The position numbers and the translations under genes are program-made. Below are positions 19,021 to 27,129 of a stretch of 64,000 bases of DNA, piece by piece; position 1 is the stretch's first letter; each line of letters begins with the position of its first letter. The notes under the pieces were generated by a model. It worked only from the letters and a program-made list of their open reading frames with translations, did no database searches and was not told the origin of the DNA. The stretch is from the NCBI GenBank assembly GCA_964647485.1, contig CAZYHV010000006.1:6808-70807 (forward strand). The letters run 5' to 3'. Origin of the DNA: an uncultured Chitinophagaceae bacterium (GTDB taxonomy: Bacteria; Bacteroidota; Bacteroidia; Chitinophagales; Chitinophagaceae).

Positions 19021-20244
19021 TTATTGGTCTTTGGCTTTTTTATTTTTGTGATCCGGAGGTGTAGGCATAAATGGGCTGCTACTTCCGTCACTGCTTGTTG
19101 TTCTTGCCGCGGATTTGTCCATTCGTAAAACGACCACATCCCCCTCTTTTAGACCTTCGGTAATTTCCACCTTGACATTATTATTCGTACCCGTGTTTAC
19201 TTCTTGTTGTTTTAAGCTTCCATCCTCGTTCATTATCCAGACCTGTTTTTTGTCGGTTGGAGATGCAGAAACCTGAGGAATTTCACCTTTTATTTCATTT
19301 TGTTCATAATACAGATTGAGCATATCTTGATCCGGTTCAAAATTTAAAGCTTGTGCTTCTACCGAGAGAATGTTGTTTTGCTCCTGAGTATAAATAGTAA
19401 CTGTGGCGGTCAATCCGGGTTTTAATTTTTTATCCGGATTATCGGCATCAATAATAACGGTATAAGTTACAACATTAGAGGTTGTCGTAGCATCGAGTTG
19501 TACTTGACGTACTTTTCCCATAAAAACATCATCAGGATAAGCGTCTACAGTAAAAGATACCCGTTGTCCTTCTTTTACTCCTCCTATATCAGCTTCATCG
19601 ACATCAGCAGCCACTTGCATATGACTGAGGTCTTTTGCAATGGTAAATAACGTTGGAGTGCTCATGGCTGCAGTTACCGTTTGCCCTTCTGCCACTTCTT
19701 TTGAAATGACAATGCCGTCTATAGGTGAATAAATACTGGCATAACTCAAATCGGCTTTGGCTTTGGTCAATTCTATTTTTCTTTGGTCTGCTGTTGCTTT
19801 GGCGTTGTTCTTTTGGTAGGTGGCCTGTTCATAGTCGGCTTTGCTTATCACCCCGGCATCGTACATGTTTTTTTGACGAGTATAATTTTGGCGGTAATAA
19901 TTGAGCTCATTAAGTGCTGACGTATAGGACGATTCTGCATTTTCTACAGATTGTAAAAGGGTTGTTTTGTCTAATTCTGCCAGCAATTGTCCTTTTTTTA
20001 CATGACTATTGTAATCTACATAAATTTTATTCACCATACCCGATACTTGTGTCCCCACTTCCACATCATCGACCGGTTCAACCGTTCCTACAGCGGTAAT
20101 AGAGGTTGTAATTGAATCTAATCTAACTTGTTCGGTTTGAAGTTGTACAGTTGTCGATCCTCTATTACTTAAGAAGCTAAAAGAGAAGAATCCGATGATA
20201 GCAATGATGATTACGATCAGTGAATATTTAAAATACTTGTTCAT
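19021..20244 (-). CDS. Efflux periplasmic adaptor (HlyD/MacA-type membrane fusion protein)
   Basis: 407 aa. N-terminal TM anchor, a coiled-coil hairpin region, and lipoyl/beta-barrel motifs (SPIDGIVISKEV, LKPGLTATVTI). Confidence 0.85.
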   Translation of the reverse strand: MNKYFKYSLIVIIIAIIGFFSFSFLSNRGSTTVQLQTEQVRLDSITTSITAVGTVEPVDDVEVGTQVSGMVNKIYVDYNSHVKKGQLLAELDKTTLLQSVENAESSYTSALNELNYYRQNYTRQKNMYDAGVISKADYEQATYQKNNAKATADQRKIELTKAKADLSYASIYSPIDGIVISKEVAEGQTVTAAMSTPTLFTIAKDLSHMQVAADVDEADIGGVKEGQRVSFTVDAYPDDVFMGKVRQVQLDATTTSNVVTYTVIIDADNPDKKLKPGLTATVTIYTQEQNNILSVEAQALNFEPDQDMLNLYYEQNEIKGEIPQVSASPTDKKQVWIMNEDGSLKQQEVNTGTNNNVKVEITEGLKEGDVVVLRMDKSAARTTSSDGSSSPFMPTPPDHKNKKAKDQ

Positions 20245-20260
20245 GATGATAAATGTTTTA

Positions 20261-21574
20261 TTAAAATTGTTGTTTGCCTTGATAAAAATTAAGGAGTGCC
20301 GTATATAAAGAGGTCAAATATTTTGTTTGTAATAAGGTCTGTTCAGCGTTTAGAAAACTATTTCTTTTTACTGCCAGTTCCGTAGTGGTCAATCCTCCGA
20401 AATCAAACTTTTTCCGTGCCAAATCATAAGCTAATTTCGCATTGTCTCTGGCAACTTTAGCGGAAGTTTGCTGCGATTGGTTAGCTACTGCATTTTGCCA
20501 AGTGTTTTCTATATCGGAATATAAACTCTTTTGTGCATCAATTTTATCAAGTTTATTTTGTTCTATTTCTATTTTAGCCAGCTTTACGTTCGTTTTATTT
20601 TGATTTTTGGAAAAGATGGGAATATTTAGTGATACCCCTACTTGTGGACTTAAATTGTTGTCGAGTTGCGTCAAAAAATCAAAGCTTCTGGAATTGGTAT
20701 AACCGGTATTTACTCCGGCATTTAGAGACAAAGTAGGTTTGAAAGCAGCTTTTGTAATATCCAATTCTTTTTCTAAAATATCATTCTGAGCATCGAATAT
20801 TTTTAGGTCGGGAAAAGATTTTGCAGCGGTAGCAAATACGGTTTGTTTGTCCGGTATAATTGTTTGTATTTTGGTTAGCGAGACAGGCTGAATTTGAAAA
20901 TCTACCTCAGGTTCCAGTTCTAATAATTGTTTCAGTTGCAAAACTTGTTGGTCATATTGGTTCTGAGCAGTTACAACTGCATATTCAGCGGTAGCATATT
21001 CCGTTTGTAAATCAGCTAAATCTAACTTTGCAATGGCTCCATTGTCATATTTGGTTTGCGCTTGATTTAGTTCTTCTTTTGCGGTAGCCAAAGCATTTTT
21101 TGCAATCGTAATACCTTCATGGTAATATAAGGCTTGTAGATATGCTTGTATCACCTCCAATTCGATGCTGTTTTTTGCCTGCTCCCGATAAAGCTCACTT
21201 TGAGATACCAGTAATTTGTTTTTTTCTATTTGCAAATTAAGTTTATTGCCCTCATAGAGGGTCATTTGTGCAGAAACACCATAACTGTTAGACACAATGG
21301 ACTGGTTGATAAAATCACTAGTGATAGGATCGATGGTAGAACCATTCGAAAAACTAAAAGATCCACTGGCAGAAACAGAGGGTAATTTATTGTATTTCTG
21401 TTGACGATAATTTACCTCGCTAGTCTGTTGGTCTAGCACGCTTTTCTTTACTTGGATGTTGTTCTCCAGTGCATAATCGATGCTCTCTTGCAAATCCCAT
21501 TGGATAGAATCCTGCGTTTGAGCCTTGGTGTATAAACTACTTAACAGCAATAATATGATCAAATAATATTTCAT
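20261..21574 (-). CDS. TolC-family outer-membrane efflux channel
   Basis: Signal peptide MKYYLIILLLLSSLYTKAQ from the ATG at 21574; the track uses TTG at 21595. Two-fold repeated OEP architecture rich in coiled-coil segments. Confidence 0.85.
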   Translation of the reverse strand: MKYYLIILLLLSSLYTKAQTQDSIQWDLQESIDYALENNIQVKKSVLDQQTSEVNYRQQKYNKLPSVSASGSFSFSNGSTIDPITSDFINQSIVSNSYGVSAQMTLYEGNKLNLQIEKNKLLVSQSELYREQAKNSIELEVIQAYLQALYYHEGITIAKNALATAKEELNQAQTKYDNGAIAKLDLADLQTEYATAEYAVVTAQNQYDQQVLQLKQLLELEPEVDFQIQPVSLTKIQTIIPDKQTVFATAAKSFPDLKIFDAQNDILEKELDITKAAFKPTLSLNAGVNTGYTNSRSFDFLTQLDNNLSPQVGVSLNIPIFSKNQNKTNVKLAKIEIEQNKLDKIDAQKSLYSDIENTWQNAVANQSQQTSAKVARDNAKLAYDLARKKFDFGGLTTTELAVKRNSFLNAEQTLLQTKYLTSLYTALLNFYQGKQQF

Positions 21575-21651
21575 TTCACTATTTATTTGGTACAATGCAA
21601 AAGTTGAATTTTATCTTGCTACGGTAAAGCGAAATAGAAGGGAAGGCTTGA

Positions 21652-21682
21652 TTTATCGACAAACACAGGATTTTTATCGACA
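21652..21682. promoter_or_regulatory. Two direct copies of TTTATCGACA, 21 bp start-to-start; candidate LytTR-regulator binding site upstream of the tolC-...-RR operon
   Basis: Exact 10-mers at 21652-21661 and 21673-21682, 57-108 nt upstream of the alternative tolC starts. The 9-10 bp repeat plus 11-12 bp spacer matches the classical LytTR site architecture. Confidence 0.45.
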
Positions 21683-21697
21683 GGAAATTTTAAAGGA

Positions 21698-21767
21698 GCC
21701 TGCTTAATAACACGTTTTGCTTGATAAGAAAAAGAATTCCGGTTATTATATTTTATGCTAATGCAAG
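21698..21767. repeat. Relic repeat copy R2 (homologous to 14821..14890)
   Basis: See R1. The reverse-strand frame has no start codon and is closed by a stop just upstream, so it is a non-functional remnant. Confidence 0.7.
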
Positions 21768-21906
21768 TTTTTTGGAACCATAGAATCTCTTCATCGAGGA
21801 AATTTCAATATTGAGCGATAAAATTCCCGATTGCATCTATTGGAATAGGCTTTAATTTAAAAGAATAGATTATTTTGCGCAACTTAATCACTAAAAAACG
21901 AATAAA

Positions 21907-22344
21907 ATGAGTGTAACAAAGTATTTATCAAAGGAATGGGGCAGAGGCAATGAGATTGCCTTATTTCTCCTGCGCGTAGTAGCCGGATTGGTATTATTAT
22001 ATGGACATGGATTTAAAAAGCTAACTACCATCTTTTCCGGAGAAGAGATAAGGTTTATGGATCCTTTAGGAATTGGTGCAACTTCTTCTTATTATATGGC
22101 AGGCTTTGCAGAAGGGATATGTGCTATCTTATTGATTTTGGGTTTGTTTTCCAGATTGGCTACTCTTGTTTTAGCTATTAATTTTGTTGTTATTTTTTAT
22201 GTTCATGCCATAGGTGGGGATGGATTTCAAGAGTTGGAACTCATCTTCTTTTATTTGGCTTCCTTTGTAGCTCTCACCTTTTCCGGTCCGGGGAGATTCT
22301 CGCTGGATTATTGGTGGTTTGGTAAGAGAAATAACAGAAGATAG
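21907..22344 (+). CDS. DoxX-family membrane protein
   Basis: 145 aa with 4 TM helices. Motifs LLRVVAGLVLLYGHGFKKL and SGPGRFSLD are typical of DoxX. Confidence 0.8.
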   Translation: MSVTKYLSKEWGRGNEIALFLLRVVAGLVLLYGHGFKKLTTIFSGEEIRFMDPLGIGATSSYYMAGFAEGICAILLILGLFSRLATLVLAINFVVIFYVHAIGGDGFQELELIFFYLASFVALTFSGPGRFSLDYWWFGKRNNRR

Positions 22345-22456
22345 ATAATCCGGAGGTGCCCAATATGGGCTTCATCGTCGGAACCTTTGGGAACTGAGTT
22401 TACCGAACAAAGGAGACTATATCTTGTTTGTTTAGATAAAATGTTGAATTTATGTC

Positions 22457-22683
22457 TTAACCCGCATTATTCATGAGATTAGCTTTTTGTAGCTACAAGA
22501 CATCGAACTCCACCGCAGTAGTAGCCTACTGCAAGGAGTTTGTAACGCGGTAGATGCAAAAAGATAATTTCAAACTATTCCTCAAATTTGGGGAACGATC
22601 AAAACATGAAAAAGTTTGCCAAGCTATTGATTTTAAACGATTTTTAGAGTTGTTTCAAAAAAATGGTGAATATTGCGGGTTAA
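22457..22683. repeat. 227-bp segment bounded by 16-bp imperfect terminal inverted repeats (MITE-like or structured element)
   Basis: TTAACCCGCATTATTC (22457-22472) against GAATATTGCGGGTTAA (22668-22683) matches at 15/16 positions as reverse complements. There is an internal 7-bp-stem hairpin GCAGTAG-TAGC-CTACTGC (22515-22532) and a third CCCGCATT copy at 22686-22693. Confidence 0.3.
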
Positions 22684-22834
22684 CTCCCGCATTCAATAAT
22701 TTTAAAATTATCATAAACCCGACAAAACTAAAATAATCTTTATACATACAGAGTAATGATTATTTTAGTCATCAAAGGCTACACCTGTCTGCCGGCAAAG
22801 GCAGGTCTGACCATAAAAAACTAAAAATAAACAC

Positions 22835-23932
22835 ATGAAAGATAAGAAAATAAGGCTTTATATGTCCATTGGATTGGTTTCTATACTTGCATTTTTCGGA
22901 TGTAATAATATAAAAGAAGATAGTAGTAAGGATTCAGGAGCTTTGAATGCAATACAACCGACAACTATTACGGAAACGACCTTAACAGATACCGATGATC
23001 CTGCTATTTGGATTAACCATAAAAACAAGGATAGTAGTCTTATAATAGGAACCGACAAGGATCCTGAGAATGGAGGACTCTATGCGTTTGATCTACAAGG
23101 TAAAATTCAAAGAACGGCTCTGGGTTTGAAAGATGCGAACAACGTAGATATAGCTTATGGTTTTAAACTGCATGAGAGGAAGGTGGATATTGCCGTTACG
23201 ACGGAAAGACATCGACATAGAATTCGTGTGTTTTCTTTACCCTCGCTAAAAGCTATCGATGGAGGAGGAATTCCCGTCTTTGCAGAAGATAAAAAAGAAT
23301 ACCGTCAGCCAATGGGCATTGCGCTATATACTCGTCCTTCTGATCATGCTATATTTGCTATTGTTGGTCGAAAAAAAGGACCTCAGAATGGCTATCTCGA
23401 GGAATATTTATTAGAAGCTGATGATAAGGGGAGAATAAAAGGCAAATTGGTAAGAAAATTTGGGAAATATTCAGGAAAAAAAGAAATAGAATCAATTGCA
23501 GTGGATAATGAATTGGGGTATGTCTATTATTCTGATGAGAAGGCCGGAATACGAAAATATTATGCCGATCCAAAAAAAGGGAATAAAGAATTGGCCTTTT
23601 TTGGACAAAATGATTTTAAAAGGGATATAGAAGGTATTGCTATCTATAAACTTACAGATAGCACAGGATATATTATCGTTTCTGACCAGCAAGCTTGTCG
23701 ATTTAATGTATACCCTCGAAGAGGAAAAGGAAAGAATCATAATGAATATAAAAAGATTGTGAGTGTTCCATTGTCTACAATCTTCACGGACGGTGCAGAA
23801 GTAACAAGCACAAGCTTACCCAATTATCCTCATGGCTTGTTTGTTGCTATGAGTGATGATAAAACTTTTCAATATTACAGGTGGATAGACATCGCTAAAG
23901 GCTATGGATTGCAAGTTAAAGAAGTTCATTAG
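22835..23932 (+). CDS. Beta-propeller phytase (3-phytase family), lipoprotein
   Basis: 365 aa. Lipobox FFGC. TDTDDPAIWINHKN and later EGIAIY, TDGAEV are as in BPP-type phytases. The family call is from motif memory only. Confidence 0.7.
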   Translation: MKDKKIRLYMSIGLVSILAFFGCNNIKEDSSKDSGALNAIQPTTITETTLTDTDDPAIWINHKNKDSSLIIGTDKDPENGGLYAFDLQGKIQRTALGLKDANNVDIAYGFKLHERKVDIAVTTERHRHRIRVFSLPSLKAIDGGGIPVFAEDKKEYRQPMGIALYTRPSDHAIFAIVGRKKGPQNGYLEEYLLEADDKGRIKGKLVRKFGKYSGKKEIESIAVDNELGYVYYSDEKAGIRKYYADPKKGNKELAFFGQNDFKRDIEGIAIYKLTDSTGYIIVSDQQACRFNVYPRRGKGKNHNEYKKIVSVPLSTIFTDGAEVTSTSLPNYPHGLFVAMSDDKTFQYYRWIDIAKGYGLQVKEVH

Positions 23933-24020
23933 CGTATAGCATATGAGCCAGATCACGAAAGAGGCTTATCTCAGGTAATATTAAAATTTTAGGGCTCTTT
24001 CAAAATAATAGTTGAATTCT

Positions 24021-24175
24021 GATTGGTATTATTATATGGCATCGATTTAAATAATTAGTACTCATCTTATTTTATTTGACTCCCTTTGTAGCACTCCCCT
24101 TTTCCAATCCGGGGAAATTTTCGCTGGAAGAATGGTGGTTGGATAGGAAAAATAACAGGAGTCCCATCCGGAGAA
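24021..24175 (+). pseudogene. Internally deleted remnant of a second doxX copy
   Basis: 24021-24060 aligns with doxX 21986-22027 (GATTGGTATTATTATATGG...). 24061-24163 aligns with doxX 22240-22344 at about 80 percent identity by eye, including the post-stop ATCCGGAG. The intervening ~210 bp of doxX is missing. Confidence 0.75.
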
Positions 24176-24270
24176 GCGCATTTTGTTTCTTTAATAAAAA
24201 GGCTTAAATTGGTTCTCTCGAAGGGCTGCCGATAATAATAGTTCGTGTTGAACCTCTAAAATGATAAGTG

Positions 24271-25017
24271 ATGAAAAAAATAAGTATCTTTATTCTACTA
24301 TTTTTCACTATTTCAATTTCCACTATGGGACAGGAATTAAAAACTATTCCGTATAATGACGGCAATCAAAAGCTCAACGGATTAGTTACTTCCAATGCAG
24401 GGAAAAATTTGCCGGGCGTATTGATTTTACCAGCTTGGAAAGGAATCGATGATGAAGCCAAATCCGCTGCTTTAGCATTAGAAAAAGAAGGATATATAGC
24501 CTTCATTGCTGACATATATGGGGAAGGAAATATCCCTACAGATGCTTCTTCAGCAGCAAAAATAGCCTCTTCCTACAGAGCGGATTACAAAGCTTATCAG
24601 CACCGTATTCAGCTTGCGCTGACAGAATTAAAGAAACAAGGTGCAAATCCGAATAAAATGGCGGTAATCGGTTATTGTTTTGGAGGGACGGGAGCATTAG
24701 AGACCGCCAGAGCCGGATTCTCTGTAGAAGGAGTGGTTTCTATTCATGGTGGATTAGGAAAAAGTGCTGACCGTCCAAATAAGCCCCTACATACAAAGAT
24801 ATTGATTGAAAATCCGGCAGAAGACAAAGGAGTTACCAAAGATATTTATGACCACTTGGTGAAAGAATTAAAAGACGGCAATGCCGATTGGCAGATTATT
24901 ACCTATGCTCATTGTGGACATACGTTTACTAATCCGGAATCAAAGGAATACAATCCTGTCATGGCAAAAAGAGCCTGGAATCACACTTTGCTGTTTTTGG
25001 ATGAAATTTTAAATTAA
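24271..25017 (+). CDS. Dienelactone hydrolase-family protein (secreted)
   Basis: Signal peptide. Nucleophile motif IGYCFGG (Cys type) and a C-terminal HCGHTF histidine region. ATG at 24271 is preferred to the track GTG at 24268. Confidence 0.8.
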   Translation: MKKISIFILLFFTISISTMGQELKTIPYNDGNQKLNGLVTSNAGKNLPGVLILPAWKGIDDEAKSAALALEKEGYIAFIADIYGEGNIPTDASSAAKIASSYRADYKAYQHRIQLALTELKKQGANPNKMAVIGYCFGGTGALETARAGFSVEGVVSIHGGLGKSADRPNKPLHTKILIENPAEDKGVTKDIYDHLVKELKDGNADWQIITYAHCGHTFTNPESKEYNPVMAKRAWNHTLLFLDEILN

Positions 25018-25055
25018 AAGGAAGGAAGGCGGAAGCTTTTTATTGAATTTCTGTT

Positions 25056-25881
25056 TTAACTGATAAAATCTAAGTAATTGTCGGGGTGAATGATTGAGAA
25101 GTCGGCTTGTGGATAGGTTTTTGCAAAAAAAACCGGTATCTTTTTCTTTCTCTTTCCCCATTTGAATTCAAAGGCTTGTATCTTTCCGGCTGTAGTTTCT
25201 ATAAGATCTATTTCTTGTCTGTCATAAGTACGCCAGAAGTAATATCTTCTATCCTTTTGACTGTAATTATTATACTTTATTCGTTCAGATATACAATAAC
25301 TCTCCCATAAAGCACCCATATCTTGACGAAGTGCCGGCAACCTAAAATCTCCTATTAATGCGTTTCTGACCCCATTGTCATAAAAATACCATTTGGAGGA
25401 TTTGACAATTTCTTTTCGAGGATTATTGCTAAAACCATTTAAAGAAAAAAGGATATCCACTTTAGCCAATAAATTCAGATAACGCTCTACGGTGTTTTTA
25501 CTGATACCTAATTGCCTTGCCAATTCATTGTAAGATACTTCTGAATCGGTTTGATAGGCAATTAATGGCAATAAATCTTTAATCTTCCGACTATTTTGTA
25601 TCCTTTCGAAAGCTAAGATGTCTTTTAAAAGATAGGAATTGACCCATTCTCTCAGCACTTCTTTTTTATCTTCTACCGTTGGTAATTAGCAACACTTCGA
25701 TGCTCTAAAAGTTGTTGTACTTCTATATCTTCGGCATTCAAATGCAGGAAGGGGATGTCTATTTTGTGTTCTAGTGCTTTTAATAAGATTTCCCCGTACG
25801 ACGAGTGCCAAAGAGCAATAGCACTTTATTTACGCCTATTTTCTTCCGTATTAGCAAGGCTGTTTTCCTGGGGATCTTCAT
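25056..25881 (-). pseudogene. Decayed AAA ATPase gene with DUF4143 C-terminal domain
   Basis: The C-terminal 200 aa are intact (ORF 25056..25658, GTG start artefact). Upstream, the reverse strand reads MKIPRKTALLIRKKIGVNKVLLLFGTRRTGKS (Walker A, ATG at 25881-25879). A frameshift follows, then ILLKALEHKIDIPFLHLNAEDIEVQQLLEH, then stops. Only ~50 codons separate Walker A from the DUF4143 part, so most of the AAA core is deleted. Confidence 0.75.
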
Positions 25882-25897
25882 TGCTGTATCTTAATTT

Positions 25898-26025
25898 GGT
25901 CAATAAATAAACGAAATGTACATCAATTTTGTCAATTGAATAGCTTAATTTGTATTAATTCCGTCAGGGTATTGACCAAATTAACGTTAATTCTGTCAAT
26001 ACACTGACTAAATTAACGCTAATAA
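25898..26025. repeat. Four tandem ~31-33 bp degenerate repeat units with internal palindromes
   Basis: Units start near 25898, 25930, 25963 and 25994. The best pair is GTCAgggtatTGACCAAATTAACGTTAAT and GTCAATacacTGACTAAATTAACGCTAAT. The array contains perfect palindromes TCAATTGA (25932-25939) and TTAACGTTAA (25981-25990). Confidence 0.5.
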
Positions 26026-26053
26026 ATATTTTCTAAGGAATGGTTATTTCTAT

Positions 26054-27052
26054 CTAACTTTGCAATCCCATCATTTTTTTTGCCTCCGTTACCGTTTTTG
26101 ATGCAGATTCTCTGGCTTTTTCACTTCCTTCTTGGATAATTTTATTCAAGTAATTTTCATCTTTGAGAAGTTCTTCGGCTTTATCTCTGATAGGAGCTAT
26201 AAATCTGACCATGTCGGCACCTAATTGTTTTTTAAAATCGCCATAACGAATATTGCATTCATTGTAATCTTTTTCAAATTTTTCAACTATATCCGAAGTT
26301 GAAACGATAGATAATAAGGTAAATAGATTTTCTATATAATCAGGTTTGGGAGCATTGGGCTCTTGTGGACCGGCATCTGTCTTGGCTTTTTTAATCTTTT
26401 TGATGATTTTTTCATCGCTGTCGGCTAAATAGATAGTTGCCGATTCATGTTGGCTTTTGCTCATTTTCCCGTCACCATTTAGGCTGCCAATTTTGACTAA
26501 ATTGGAACCTCCATCGTTGAATCCCTGTGGAGAAGGGAATAATTTTCCGTATTTATGATTAAAACGCGCTGCAAAGTTTCTGGTCATCTCTAAATGCTGT
26601 TCCTGATCTTTACCTACAGGAACATATTTCGCTCTGTGTAGCAAGATGTCTGCAGCCATCAAGACGGGATAAGTAAGTAATCCGGCATTAATATTTTCCT
26701 TATGTTGTCGAATTTTTTCTTTAAAAGTAGGTACTTTTTCTAATTCTCCTTTATAGGCCAGCATGTTCAATAAAAGGTAAAGCTCGGCAGTCTCAGGAAC
26801 TCGACTTTGAGTGTAAAGCGTTACTTTTTCAGGATCTAAACCTGAAGCAATATTTTCTGCCAAAACACGATATACACTTTCTTTTAAATGTTTAGGCTCC
26901 GGATGAGTAGTAAGGGAATGTAAATCTGCTACAAAAAAATAACAGTCATATTTTTCCTGCATCATTATAAAATTACGAATGGCACCAAAATAATTTCCTA
27001 AATGCAAATTTCCGGTAGGTCGTATTCCGCTGACAACAATATCTTTTTTCAT
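26054..27052 (-). CDS. trpS: Tryptophan--tRNA ligase
   Basis: Class I signatures: HIGH-like TGNLHLGNYFG and KMSKS exactly (GDGKMSKSQ). ATG at 27052 (MKKDIVVSGIRPTG...) is preferred; the track start at 27151 adds a 33-aa hydrophobic extension. Confidence 0.95.
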   Translation of the reverse strand: MKKDIVVSGIRPTGNLHLGNYFGAIRNFIMMQEKYDCYFFVADLHSLTTHPEPKHLKESVYRVLAENIASGLDPEKVTLYTQSRVPETAELYLLLNMLAYKGELEKVPTFKEKIRQHKENINAGLLTYPVLMAADILLHRAKYVPVGKDQEQHLEMTRNFAARFNHKYGKLFPSPQGFNDGGSNLVKIGSLNGDGKMSKSQHESATIYLADSDEKIIKKIKKAKTDAGPQEPNAPKPDYIENLFTLLSIVSTSDIVEKFEKDYNECNIRYGDFKKQLGADMVRFIAPIRDKAEELLKDENYLNKIIQEGSEKARESASKTVTEAKKMMGLQS

Positions 27053-27129
27053 AGCCTGCAAAGTTACGGATAAGCCATAAATTATTATATTTGAAACGGT
27101 TTTAAAATGAAAGAAATAAAAAAGCAGCC

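Noticed and set aside
22495-22515. tRNA-like TCGAACTCCACC string suggesting a tRNA 3' end or att site
   Set aside because: The flanks do not form a T-arm or acceptor stem on either strand, and no cloverleaf could be drawn by hand.
22554-22736. 60-aa plus-strand ORF in the doxX-phytase spacer
   Set aside because: There is no recognisable motif and no promoter-like box at an appropriate distance. It spans the inverted-repeat/hairpin element, so it is more likely non-coding.
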